Shown: one piece after another, positions 25,111-36,755 of the stretch | Numbering within the stretch: the first letter of the stretch is position 1 | Layout of the letters: the number at the start of each line of letters is the position of its first letter | Source of the DNA: Vicugna vicugna | Taxonomy: Eukaryota | Assembly (NCBI GenBank): GCA_013265495.1 | Contig: MU058009.1 | Span: 4,656,739-4,720,738 of the forward strand | Length of the DNA: 64,000 nucleotides | Reading direction: 5' to 3' | Notes under the pieces: generated by a model | The model's input: only the letters and a program-made list of their open reading frames with translations | What the model was told of the DNA's origin: nothing | Database searches by the model: none | Program-made: the position numbers and the translations under genes

Positions 25111-26199
25111 ATCCACGCGGGACAGCCTCCCACCTGCACTGACAGCTTGGTTCTCGCAGACCTTCCCACCCCTGCTTCTCCAATAACTTGCAAACTCCTT
25201 TATCTGTCCGTTCACTCAACGCATAAGAACTGCATCCTTGGAGGTGCCAGACACTCTTCTCGCCAGGAGGAAGGGCCTCTCCTGTCATCCCAGTGGTGCC
25301 CAGGCCAACCCCAGGCCTCACAGCCCACGACAGTTGTCCTCACGCTTGACCTCGACCCAGGAGTCGCCTGGGCGTCTTCACCAGGTGCTGATCCTTCCAC
25401 GTCCTTGTGAGACTGTCTCCTGAGGAGGACTAGTCCCCTGTGTTTAAAGATCTCACCCACTGAATAGAAAGATAGGCCAGGTGTTAAAGTCCAGGGGTAG
25501 CGAGGCTGAGAGCAGGGGTCCGCGGACGAAGAGGGCGCCCAGAGTCAGCCCCACGTGCACGGAGCCCAGTCCCCGGTCCTCTCTGATGGGTGATGGTGAG
25601 ACAGGATGTCCGACCTGAAGGGGGTGGAGTTTGTTCTTCAGAGCCCTCCTACCAGGACCGAGAAGGAGGAAGAAGTAATTTTGCCTCTTGGCCCGCGTGG
25701 GGTCTTCAAGAACAGCAGCAAAGTCTGATTTTGAGGGAAAACCAGTGAAAGATGAGAGCATGTGATCCGCCCGAGCCCCCACTGCTCCTTCGTGGCAGCC
25801 CCCTGGCCGGCCCCGACTCCTGGCCCCCGCCAGGCTCCCTGCGCCCGGGGCAGAAAGGGCGAGGAGGCGGACTCGGGGGTGTGCGGAGTGCCCTGCCCGG
25901 GCGGCAGAAGCACCATCAGTCACCCCTTCCCTGCACTTGATCTCCCTTTCAAGCCAAGTAAGGTCGGCCGCCCGGACCGGAATCAATGGGAAGGCGTGGT
26001 CTGGGCTGCAGAGTGGCAGGAACGCACAAAGGGCCGGCCCCGGAGGGCGGGCAGGGCCAGCAGGCTGACAACCCCGAACAGCGACGGCCACTGGTCGCGC
26101 TCCTCACTCGCATTTCCCCGCCGTCTCGGCCTCCGTGGTGACAGGGCTGCGGCTGGTCCGCCGTGACCCCGGCGTGGCGCACAGAACCAGCACAGTAAA

Positions 26200-26400
26200 G
26201 GAGCTGGTAAACATCTGCTGAGTTCACTGAGTGAGACGTTCCCCACGCAGCACCCGGGCACCCCGTTAGCTCATTTAACCCTCGTAATAAGCTGGAAAAG
26301 GTAGACTTTCCGGATGCCGTTCAGAGGAGAGGAGACACGCTTAGAAAGTTACGCAACTTCCCCCAAAGACAAAGCACGCAGGGGTCCGTTCACTTCCGCC
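26200..26400 (-). mobile_element. MIR fragment
   Basis: ttagctcatttaaccctcgtaataa...gcttagaaagttacgcaacttcccc. Confidence 0.5.
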
Positions 26401-28243
26401 AGCCCCCAGCCCGGTGCTGCGCCCCAGGGGAACGAAGGGGAACGACCGAGCAGCAGAGGCGACGGTGTGCTGGGGGGAGGGGATAACAGTCCAGCGGAGG
26501 AAAAGGGACCGAGCGCCACGTGAGGGGAGGTGCTGATCAGGGAGTTACGGCGGGCCAGTCCTCTCAGAGGCCCCTGGCGGAGAGACAGGAACCGCCTCAG
26601 AGCAAACGTGAGCAAAGGCGGGCGAGTGGCCTGCCGACTCACCCGAGCTCCTTGTCGGTGCAAAGTGCCCAGAGAGAATGCTACATAACGGTTTCTCACC
26701 CAGCTCAGGCGGAAGCACCACACCCCATGCAGACCCAGGTACCTCTCTTCAAATTCTTCATGTGTTGCCATTTGATGAATCTTAAAATAGCAACAGTGCA
26801 GTCTCCTGCAGGATCTCGTTCTGTCTCGGAGCTGTGATAAACCCAAGCGGAGCGGTCTCACTGCACAGATTAAACACACACACACATACACACATGCCCA
26901 AGGTCGCACAAAGGTTAAACGGCTTGACAAGGGAGAGCCGGGGCCAGGAGCAGAGCGCCCAAAGAGTCTAACTGTGACCCCAGTGTAGTTGGGGTCTCCC
27001 TGGCAGATGTGCTGCCCCCCTTTTTCTTCCAAAATTTGATCATCACAGTTTAATCCCACTTTCGCCCTGGAGAAAGACTTTGAAACTATGCCATCTATTC
27101 AATCAGAGGGGGTCCGGCTTGAGGAAGGGTGCAGGTGGGTTCTTTGTGCTGCTAGAGATGAGCCCGTGTGGTCCACATCGGGACGGCAGCCATGGGGCTC
27201 GTCGGAAGAGCATAAAACCGCTTGTTGGTGGATGAGCGAGGGTGGCTGCCAGACCCACGTGAAGGAAGGACCAGGCCCTAACACTCTACGAAGGGGATGA
27301 AAAAACCAGACACTTCCCCGCAGAAGTCCAGGAGAACGTCTCCCCCACGGTATCAGATGGGCTCTTCCCGGGTCCGTGTATCCTGAGCCACGACCATGAA
27401 GACCAAGGGGCTGCCTGTGAGTTCCTGGAGAGCTCAGATTTGCCATTATGACTTCCATGCAGATTATTTGGGCAGATAGCAGTTGACTAATTCAATGACT
27501 GCTGATAAATAATATATATGCCATAGTGTAAATAGATGTTAATAATATCCATATAATAAACATAATTTAGGACTCTGTTCTAATGTTAATCAGCTCCACA
27601 ATAGTGGAAACAGCTAAATTAAACCAAACAAATTATCTCCTGCTACTAAAAAGGCATACACTGGCTAAAATGTTCTCAAAACCAACAAAGCACAGCAGCT
27701 ATGGGAAAACGGCTTTGACTTGCCTCTGTCAGATGCCACTTTGATGGTATGAAAACGTGGTCAGTGACCTCCCTGGAGGAGCGCCCGAGTGGCAAATGGT
27801 CCGAGGGAATCTGCGGGGAGAACTGACGTGGGGATCTGGACGAGGGGAGGGAGGGACGTTGACTGGGATCAAGAGCTGATGTTATCTTTGCTCCAGAAAG
27901 AAGCTGGAAATCTGAGTTTCCCTCAGTCTAAACCCTGAGCCAGGCACAAGGCACAGACACAGGTAGCTGAAAATCTGCCTGGCCAGCAACCAGGGACTCC
28001 AGGACCCAGGCACCGAGGTCCGAGAGGAAGATGAGAAACCTAAAGCCAGCTTACAGCGTCTCAGGAAGCTCTTGTTTGCAGAAAGAGAGGGTCAGCTGGT
28101 GTGTCCAAGTCTGGAGAACTCAGCGTGCCAAGGAGGAGTTTGGACAGATGAGCTCAGGACAGTTGAAACCCAGGGAAGGAGCCTTCGGCGGAAGAGCACG
28201 GTGTGTTGCTTTGTTTGGTTTGCTTTGTGGTTCACATTTAGAG

Positions 28244-28428
28244 CCGTGCGGCCCCACAGAACTGCCTGTGATGATGAGATTCTCGGTAAACTGCGTTGTC
28301 CCATGGCTGTGTGGTTACTGGGTACCTGAAATACGGGCCGTGTGTCTAAAGAGTTGACTTTGTAATTTTAGTTAATTTAAATTTAGAGCCACCCATGTCT
28401 AGTAGCTGCTGTATTAGACAGCACACAG
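28244..28428 (+). mobile_element. MER3-like hAT-Charlie non-autonomous DNA transposon
   Basis: agaactgcctgtgatgatg...ctgaaat...ttttagttaatttaaattta...gccacccatgtctagtagctgctgtattagacagcac follows the MER3 consensus across ~185 bp. Confidence 0.75.
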
Positions 28429-28711
28429 GCAGAGGGTCAAGAGCCACCACAGCATCCAAGACACTCAGGGCAACAAGAGGTTCAGAGACAAGCACGGACC
28501 AAACACCAGCAGACACAAACTGGTCCTAGGGCGTCTGACACTCCTGACAAAGCCGGCCTGATGCCAGCCCGTCGCCCTCAGCCTGAGCATCTAAAGCTCT
28601 TGGTTTCCTCAGATACGCCCCAGACAAAGAAGTGAGCCGCAGAGCACTGTCCATCTAGGGTGAAAGACAAGCCCGTCTAAGACAGAGAGCTGAGCTATCT
28701 TTGTGAATGTG

Positions 28712-29850
28712 AACTCATTCACCAACACTGTCGTGTTTATTGGATGCATCTACTATGCCCCAGGCACAGGATGAGGCCACGAGAGGCTCCACGTCTTCAT
28801 GTTCCGTCTGAGATGATCAGAGTGGGCGGCAGTGGTGTCCAGGAGGGTCTCTAACTCTGAAAAAAAATTAAGGAAGGATTTTCCAGCAAATGTGACTCTT
28901 GACTTGATTCTTGAAGATGAGAAGGCAGCTAGAGAGGGAGGGGTACTTGGGAGGGCCTTCTAGGGCACAGTCCAAACAGTGACCCAGAGAGGCGCAGCGC
29001 CAGGCACGTGCAGGAGCCGGCAGGCAGCTTGGTGTGCTAAGCAGGAGCAGAAGTGGTGGGACGAGGAGGAGAGGAGGAGAGTGAGAACCACAAACTCACA
29101 GGCCGTGATCGGCTGAGCACCCACATGCCAGGGAAATGAACTTCAATTTGCTGGCAGCATGGGAAGCGATGTGTGGTTTTAATAAGATTTATTTTAAATG
29201 GATCATTCTGTGCACAAAGAGAATTATAGCTCTCATTTGTGGGGGAAGGGAGGATGCACGGAAAGGTATGGCTGGGGTGGTGGGAGAGTGTTTACAGATC
29301 AATATCTTAGTTAAGTGATATTTTTAAAAGTTCAGATGAGAGACAGTAAGGACCTGAACTAAACCATCGGTCGGACACCTGGAGAAGAGGTGCGTGACTC
29401 AAACAAAATGCACAAACACAAGTCTACTGCCTGCAGTGGTGCCTTAGCTGTGGGGGTAGGTGACCGAAGGGACCGAGAGGGACTGTGGTGTCATTAAGAG
29501 AAACAGGGGCTATAGACGAAGCAGCAAATGGCGGGGACTTGATCAGTTTATTTAGAACCCACTAGATTGTGGCTCCTGTCTGAGACATTTTCATGCAGAC
29601 ATGTCGAGTCAGAGGTCTAGGCTGGAGGCACAGATATGGGGTCATCAGCGTGAACCGGGAGTTAAAGCTGTGATGGTACGTGTGACTCCTGAGGGGACTC
29701 AGAATACTGAGGGGATGGAGATGGAACTGGGGAGCCCCAGTGTGCATGGGGCAGCTCTAGGGAGAGGAGTCTATGAGGGGGACACAGGTGAAAGGCCCAA
29801 AGTGAACAAAAAACCACAAGAAAACACTGACTTGTAAGAAAGGAGAAGAC
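28712..29850 (-). mobile_element. Long LINE-2 remnant (~1.1 kb)
   Basis: Collinear antisense L2 motifs: tttattggatgcatctactatgcc, gacttgattcttgaagatgag, gatcattctg, agttcagatgagagacagtaaggacctgaactaa, ggggtcatcagcgt. Confidence 0.7.
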
Positions 29851-30035
29851 GGGGTGACGGAACCGCATGAAGTAAAGCAGGAAAGTCTTGAGCTGTGAGG
29901 GCTGAAACGTGTGCGCTGGATGCGCTGTTCGGGGTGGGGGGGTGGCGCCCTCTGCAGGGGCCGCTTCGGAAGAAGTCACGCGAGGCACAGGAACCAAAGA
30001 GCAGAGGGCCCAAGAGGCAAAGACCGTAGGAGCAG

Positions 30036-31050
30036 AAACCTACTCGAGCTGATAAAAGAATTCAGCAAAAGTAGCAGGATTCAAGAGTAACATACAGAAG
30101 TCTGTTGCATTTCTCTACACTAACAATAAAGCATCAGAAAAGGAAAGGAATAAAAACAAACAATCCCTTTTAAAATTGCATCAAAAAACCCCCACAAAAC
30201 TCAGGAATAAACCTGACCAAGGAGGTGAAAGACATATGCTGAGACATAAAAACATCGATTAAGGAAGTTAAAGACTTTTTTTAAAGCAAGATACCCCATG
30301 CTCTTGGATTGGAGGAATTAATATTGGTAAAATGGCCACACTACCCAAAGCAATCTATAAGTTTAATGAAGCTCTATTAACTACCCAGGACATTTTTCAC
30401 AGAATTAGAACAAATAATCCTAGAATTTATATGAAATCACAAAAGACCCAGAATTGGCAAAGCCATACTGAAGAACAAGAACGAAGCTGGGGGAATAACC
30501 CTCCCAGACTTCAGACAGCACTACAGAGCTGCTGTCATCAAAACAGTGTGGTCCTGGCACAAAAACAGACCTATCGATCAACAAAACAGAATAGAGAGCC
30601 CAGAAATAAACCCACAGACTTACAGTCAATTAATCTTCGACAAAGGAGGCAAGAATATACTATGGAGAAAAGACAGTCTCTTCAGCAAGCGGTGCTGGGA
30701 AAGCTGGACAGCCGCATGCAAATCAGTGAAGTCAGAAGACCCCCTCGCAGCGCACACAGAAATAAACTCAAAATGGCTTAAAGACTTAAACATAAGGCAA
30801 CACACAACAAGCCTCCTAGAAAAACACAGGCAAAACGTTCTCTGACCTAAATCTTAGCAACGTTCTCCTCGGGCAGTCCACCCGGGCAACAGAAATAAAA
30901 GCAAAAATAAATGGGACCTAGTGAAACATGTAAGTTTTTACACAGCAAAGGAAACCATAAACAAAACAAAAAGACAACCCACAGAATGGGAAAAAAATAT
31001 TTGCAAATGATACGAATGACAAAGGCTTAATTTCCAGAATATACCAACAG
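30036..31050 (+). mobile_element. LINE-1 ORF2 fragment (post-RT region), frameshifted and non-functional
   Basis: Translations MATLPKAIYKFN and [53 protein letters not shown]...[12 protein letters not shown] are clearly L1 ORF2p and lie in different frames. Confidence 0.95.
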
Positions 31051-32141
31051 TGTGGAGGCCACACGTTTGCAGTGGCACGAACCACAAAGAGTGTTATGAG
31101 CGTCTCTTCAGCTGTGATCAGTAACGTAACTCAGATAATCTGACTGTCGTGTTGAAGCACTGTGGTGACTGTGGTAAGAGGACAAGGGAGGGAGGTGTGT
31201 TGAGAAATAGTTGAGGTGCTCAACCACTGGATCAGAGCTGAGCAGGAAAAAGAAATGAGTCCAGGAGAGGCTGGTGGACAGAAAATGAAACGTAAGGGAT
31301 GGGAAAACTTGACGTTAAAGATGAAGCTCAGGGCTCGGCTGTAAAAACCTTTGTTAAGATCTCAGAAACATCTATGTTGGTGCCTCAGAGAACCATTCAG
31401 TGAAACAACAAGGCTTCCAGGAAGCTTGAAAGCGTCGTCCCTCAACAAAAGCCCAAGGAAGACAGAGCCTTGCCTGGGAGAGATTTTTGAGCATTTCTTT
31501 CATCCAACAGAATGAACCCAATAAGACCCACAGGGGACCCACACATTCTAAAAAAGAACTTTATTGACAGACGTCCTGCCAGGTTGGATTGAACAGGACA
31601 GAGATAGTGCAAAATGAAAGGGGTCTTTGGATGCCTAAGTGTCTACACGCAAGAAGTAGACCGAAAAAAATTACTCAGCTGCAAACACAAGCTACCTTTA
31701 CTGAAAAAGGATAACTCAGAACGTGAAACCAAGAGCCTAGAGGGCAGAGCCAAGAACCACAGAGAACGATCCCCAGGCCTGGAGTCCAAACCGAGGAACG
31801 GTCAACGTGTACGTCGCTAAATTTCAGAACTGCTGTGAGCCAGCAACGACCACTTGCGTATCGTGATTGAAAAGCGCAATCTACACCGAGATTACGCCGT
31901 GGCTAACACGCCGTTGGGTGCTGGATGTACGTGAGCGTGGGTGCAGGTGTGGCGGGCGACAACTGCCTCTTTACAGATCTTCAGATTGAGAGCAGCTGCA
32001 CGCAAGGAGTGAAGTGCAAAGGAACATACCAGGCGGCCATCACCCTCACGTGTACCTGCGTCTTATAGATGATGAGAATCTGGACTTCAAGCTGCCGCTG
32101 TGATTGGGTGAGTGTCTTCACAACTCGGCCCAGAGGGTGAG
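31051..32141 (+). mobile_element. MaLR (MLT1) internal sequence
   Basis: atttcagaactgctgtgagccag...cttcagattgagag...gatgatgagaatctggacttcaagctg...ggcccagagggtgagc resembles the 3' end of MLT1-int and runs directly into an LTR. Confidence 0.6.
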
Positions 32142-32646
32142 CTGTGCAGCAAACTCCTAAAGCGTCCCCAACCATCCTTGCCTCCTGCTAATGCTGCCCT
32201 TGCACAGAAGCCTCCCACGCTGGCTTCTGGCGGGCTGTGCACCCAGGGGGCTGCTGCTGACGGGACAGCGTGTGACCCCGGGTGCTAAATCCCAAACGAG
32301 CCTGCGGGTCCCACCATGACCTCTCTCTGGGATTGCTCCATGCTGTCCGGACGCTCAGACAGCCTTGTGGAGGGCTCCACGTGGTGTAAGGCAACGACGT
32401 CTTCGCCAACAGCCAGCACCAGCTTTCCCTGGTGAGCTGACCCTCCAACCCCAGCCGAGCCTTTACGATTCCTGCTCTCACCAATATCATGACTGAAACC
32501 TCTCGAGGGACTTTGAGCCATAACCACCCAGCTGAGCCACTCCTGAGTGCCTGTGTCACAGAAAAGGACTAAAATAATCAATGCTTACTGTCATGTCAGG
32601 GTGATAATTTTCATAGTAATTGTTATACAGCAATCGATAAGGAACA
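32142..32646 (+). mobile_element. MLT1F/G-like LTR (3' LTR)
   Basis: Starts TGTG...ccccaaccatccttgcctcctgcta and ends tagtaattgttatacagcaatcgataaggaaCA; the ~500-bp length fits. Confidence 0.7.
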
Positions 32647-33059
32647 ATGAATGTGAAATAGATTGTGTTCCTTGGAGCTGAAGACGAGGTTGCCAAGTCA
32701 GAGCGTGGCGCTGTTCCCACACGCACGCTGCGGTCCCGTGGATAGCGGTGTGACCTAGGACAGAAGGGTACGCTTGCCAAGTTCACACATTCTTCAGTCA
32801 CTGTGCCCGGCTGAGCTGCCAGGAAGTCAAGATCGGTAAAAATGAGGACAAAAAGCAGAGTAAAATAAAGTTCAAATGTTGCTGACTCCCCCCTCTTTGG
32901 CCTTACAAGGGCAAGAGGCTAATTCCTGGAATGAAGGTTTGTGCCCCACAATGCTTATGCCTTCGATTCTGAGTGTCTCACAAATACATTAACAGTGACC
33001 ATAATGACAATGAGGATGACGAGTCACACAGTCTCAAGGTGTGGACACACCGTATAGTC

Positions 33060-33375
33060 TTTTACATCCCACACAGGTTAGCACTTGTGGATATGTGAAT
33101 GGAATAACCCCTGGTTACAGCACAAGTAAAATGTACACTTTCTTTTTTTCAGCCGATTACTCTGCTACGATGTTTTATAGCACTGTATGTTCTCCGTGAT
33201 TGTTATTTAAAGTCATGCCTTGAATGAATGTAGAATAATTTGCTTCGCCATTCTCATACTGCTGACTTCTACTTTTCACCCAATTAAAAATCACGCTGTG
33301 TAGAGAGCTCCCTCCTAATTTGGAGTTACTTCCTCATGAACGTTTTTCACGGGGGAAATTACTGGGTCAGAGTCC
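33060..33375 (-). mobile_element. Old L1ME-like fragment
   Basis: T-rich antisense L1 text ending gaaattactgggtcagag. Confidence 0.4.
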
Positions 33376-34576
33376 CTTGGCCACGGGAAACGGCAAGTCT
33401 GTTCCTCGCAGTCTAGATTTAGAATAAACGAGGAGACGCTATGGGGCTTCACCAAAGTGGGAAGGAGGAAAGAGAGAAGTGGGCATCATAAAATCACTAC
33501 CTGCGAAACTGCTCTCCCACTGAGCAAGGGTGGAAACTGTGCCACCGTTGTTGGACCAAAGCCAGCAGTACCTCAGCGCTCAGGATGCGGTTGGGGGGCT
33601 GCCTTACGCTGCACCTCGACAAGCTGTCTCTGGTCTGGCACCACCCTCCCATCCTCCCTCAGCATCAGTCATCACGTCAGTATCAGTCATCAGGGCTGCA
33701 GCAGTGAGAACTCGGCTGCGTCCCACAGGGTCCCCGGATCACCGTCCTGGACACCATTCGGAAGAAGGCTTGCCCTTAGCATCAGGCAGGCACCCCACTG
33801 GAGCGAACACCCCCCCCCCAGGGAAGAGGAGGGGCTGAGTGCAGCAGGGGGCCTATTCTGAATGCTGAAGAGCCAGTGAAGCCAGAGGCAAAGCTCGACG
33901 TTCACGTCCACTCTTTCGGGCCTGATAATCGCAGCTAATCCACGCCACTCCTGACTCCCAGCCAAACTGAAAATAAAACGTAAGTGTTTTTATGTCAAGG
34001 TTCTTTCTAGAGTTTTTTTTTTTTTTTAAATGTTGGACCAATTTTCCCATCTTCCTAGCGAGCATGACTTTAAGTGCAGGCTGACACCTCCTACCTCATG
34101 CTCTGGACCAGAAAATTCCCACGTGTCAGAAGCTACAAGCCTGTGGAGGCGTAGACGTTAGCCTTTGGCCTGAGAAGGTGAGACGCCCTCTTCCCCTCCG
34201 CGCCCTGCATACGTGTAACCCTCGCATCTTGTCCCCGGATGAGGCGCCCAAGGAGGACTCGGCGACTCATCCTGCGGAGGCTGCTCCCCGGCCCAGGAGG
34301 CAGAGAGCAGCGTGGAGTGAGACCCTCACAGGGAGGCCCGTGGCCTGCCCCTCCGCCGGCCTGGCCGGTTCCTCCGGGGGCCACGTGCCCGGCCCCCGCG
34401 AGGCGCGGGAAGGCAGCTCCCCGGCGTTCTCCGCAAGCCACAGGCTCCCCTGTTATCCTGGAGCTGTTTATCGCTTCCAGACTCGCGAAAAAAGCAGACG
34501 TGTTCTTTATTGAAAGTGGTCTGCTTTTAAGCCCTTAATTATTCTTCTGTTGGATCAGCTATTTTACATTCATTGG

Positions 34577-34581
34577 CACAC

Positions 34582-34617
<36 letters not shown>

Positions 34618-34623
34618 TCACAC
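34577..34623. repeat. (CA)n microsatellite
   Basis: Read directly. Confidence 0.9.
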
Positions 34624-35389
34624 GCCCCATCACAGCATGTGGAGCTTTGTCTTGTGCCAAACTCTCAGGAAGGTGAAAACGCTGAGAACGGTTACTGCTG
34701 TTCTGGAATCGTCTCCGCAAGCAGCTGTGATGGTGGAAGAGAGCTTCCCACGGGCAGAGACCCATCGGCTACAGCCAAGAAAAATGCTGCCTCGGATGCA
34801 GGAAACGCCGTGCACGGGAACCACACCAGCCTAACAACGGCCCCCTGGAAGCCCCGCCGACTCGGGGCAGGCGACAGAGACGGGTGCTGGGGACGAGGCG
34901 GGGGAGGTGGTCGGGTGCTAGGAAGACGGAACAGTGTTCTCTCTCGAGTGGGCAGAGCCCAAAGCTGGCTTATCCTCATCACCAAGAAGGTCTCTGAGTC
35001 TCTGTAAACAGTGCGGTGCCACCCAAATCAGAGGTCCTCTGCGCACACTGGCTTTGCCACTGAGCGATGGCGCAGCCCAGTCGCCGCGGCTCCCTCCTGC
35101 TTCTGCAGCTAACCTCGACGAGCACTCACTCAGCTCTGACTGCAGGGGCACAATCGGGAGAGGGCAGGCATTTTGTATTTGATTTTTATTTGTCCTCCTC
35201 TAAAAAAAAAACCAGCTGGATTAGTGGTTTGACACACGCTCTCACGCCTCTGTTTTAATGGTACTTAGGGGCTCAGACGTAGAAAGAGAAAGAAGCGCGT
35301 GTCAAAGGAAAGATGCTACGAGCAGGACAGACGTGCCGCCCTCCTGCGTTCTACCTGGAGACGTGACGAGCGTGGGGACACACGTGCTG

Positions 35390-35566
35390 TGTGCCTGTGT
35401 CTGCATCACTTACGTAGTGTCTGCTGCTCCCCGTCCCTGCTCTGCGGGCTCCGTGGGCTTAGGACCAGATGAGCCTGGTTCTCTGCTACGTTTCCAAAAC
35501 CTCACCCTGTGTCTGGCACGTCATAAATATACACATTCCATCAGCCTGTATTTGCTGAATAAACGC
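35390..35566 (+). mobile_element. LINE-2 3' end
   Basis: gtgtctggcacgtcata...tatttgctgaataaa terminus. Confidence 0.5.
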
Positions 35567-35994
35567 ATTTTGTGTTAAATAAAATAACCCGAATACGGGT
35601 GGGAAAAGCAGCCCAAGGTGGAAGGTTTTCTGCCCCGAGACATCCTTGGGTGTTTCTGCAGACTGTTTCTGTGCCATCCACACTAGCAGGAGAGAAAGGC
35701 CTGGGGACGCTCTCAGCGTGACGGCTCTACTGCCGTCAGGTAGCACCTGTCACCTTGGCGCTGTATCTGGGTCAGCGACGTCCCCAAGTTTGTTTCCTAA
35801 TATCTCCGAGTGTCTCTGTGGAGCCTTCACAGCTTAAAATAGGCTCAAAATAAAATTAAGTTTCATTCCACTGAAGTTTTTAAAATAAGCGTGGCCCAGG
35901 AAGGGAATGACTAGTAAAACCAAGAACACAATCTGAAAATACAATATTGCCAGGGAAGGTGGCAACCAGAGACCTGTGTTCATTCCAAGGCAAT

Positions 35995-36095
35995 TATTGA
36001 TTCATTTGTTTGTTTTGCAACAAGTATTTATTCAGCGTTTACTTTGTGTCAGACATTACACCGGGGGCTCGAGACGTAACGACGTGGAGTCCAGG
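35995..36095 (-). mobile_element. LINE-2 3' end
   Basis: ttcatttgtttg...caacaagtatttattcagcgtttactttgtgtcagaca. Confidence 0.65.
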
Positions 36096-36584
36096 TCCTC
36101 GCGCCAAAGGCGCTGGTTTAAACAGATGGGGATACAGTCGGGTCTGTAATCCAAAGATTCAAACCCAGCCCTGGCTGGAAGTGGGCGTGAGCGGTACAGA
36201 GCGCGTTCTCCATACTTCTCACCTTTGCCCTGTGTCTACGTTCCTCGTCACCAGCGAGACCTCAGGAAGCGTCTGATGGAAGTGACCCCACGCTTCCCGA
36301 GCCTCCCAGAACGCACCCTGTCCCACGGCCTCACGTCTGTGGCAGAGGCTCCGGAATTCAGGCGACCAGGCCCACTCGACCTTTATTGCGGTGTCTCCGG
36401 CGTCTGCCACTTGGCAAGCCTTGTAGTCAGGCACCCCGAAGCCGAACCGAACACCCTCATCAGTCAGCCAGTTCCTTCACCTGAATACTCCCATTTCTCC
36501 CAAGCACACCGCGGTCAGAAACCTGGAAGCGTGTTTGCTGCTTTAGGATACCAGGAAGACGCGACCCCTGGAGTCACGAAGATG

Positions 36585-36755
36585 TGAGCTCAGATGCCAG
36601 CTCTGCGGGGCTCTGCACTAGGTAGCGCGGCTAGGTTTCTCCCCACAGGAAAGGAGGGCGGTTCTAACCTCTTAGAACTGTTACAAGAATTAAGTGAGAA
36701 TACACGTAAGGCTCTTAAAATAGTGCCAAACACGGTGAAGTTATTTGATAAACGT
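36585..36755 (+). mobile_element. MIR fragment
   Basis: ctgttacaagaattaagtgagaatacacgtaaggctcttaaaatagtgcc matches the MIR 3' half. Confidence 0.6.

Noticed and set aside
30332..30845. ORFs as a host gene or active retrotransposon
   Set aside because: Frameshifted internal L1 ORF2 fragment lacking the endonuclease, RT core, promoter and poly-A.
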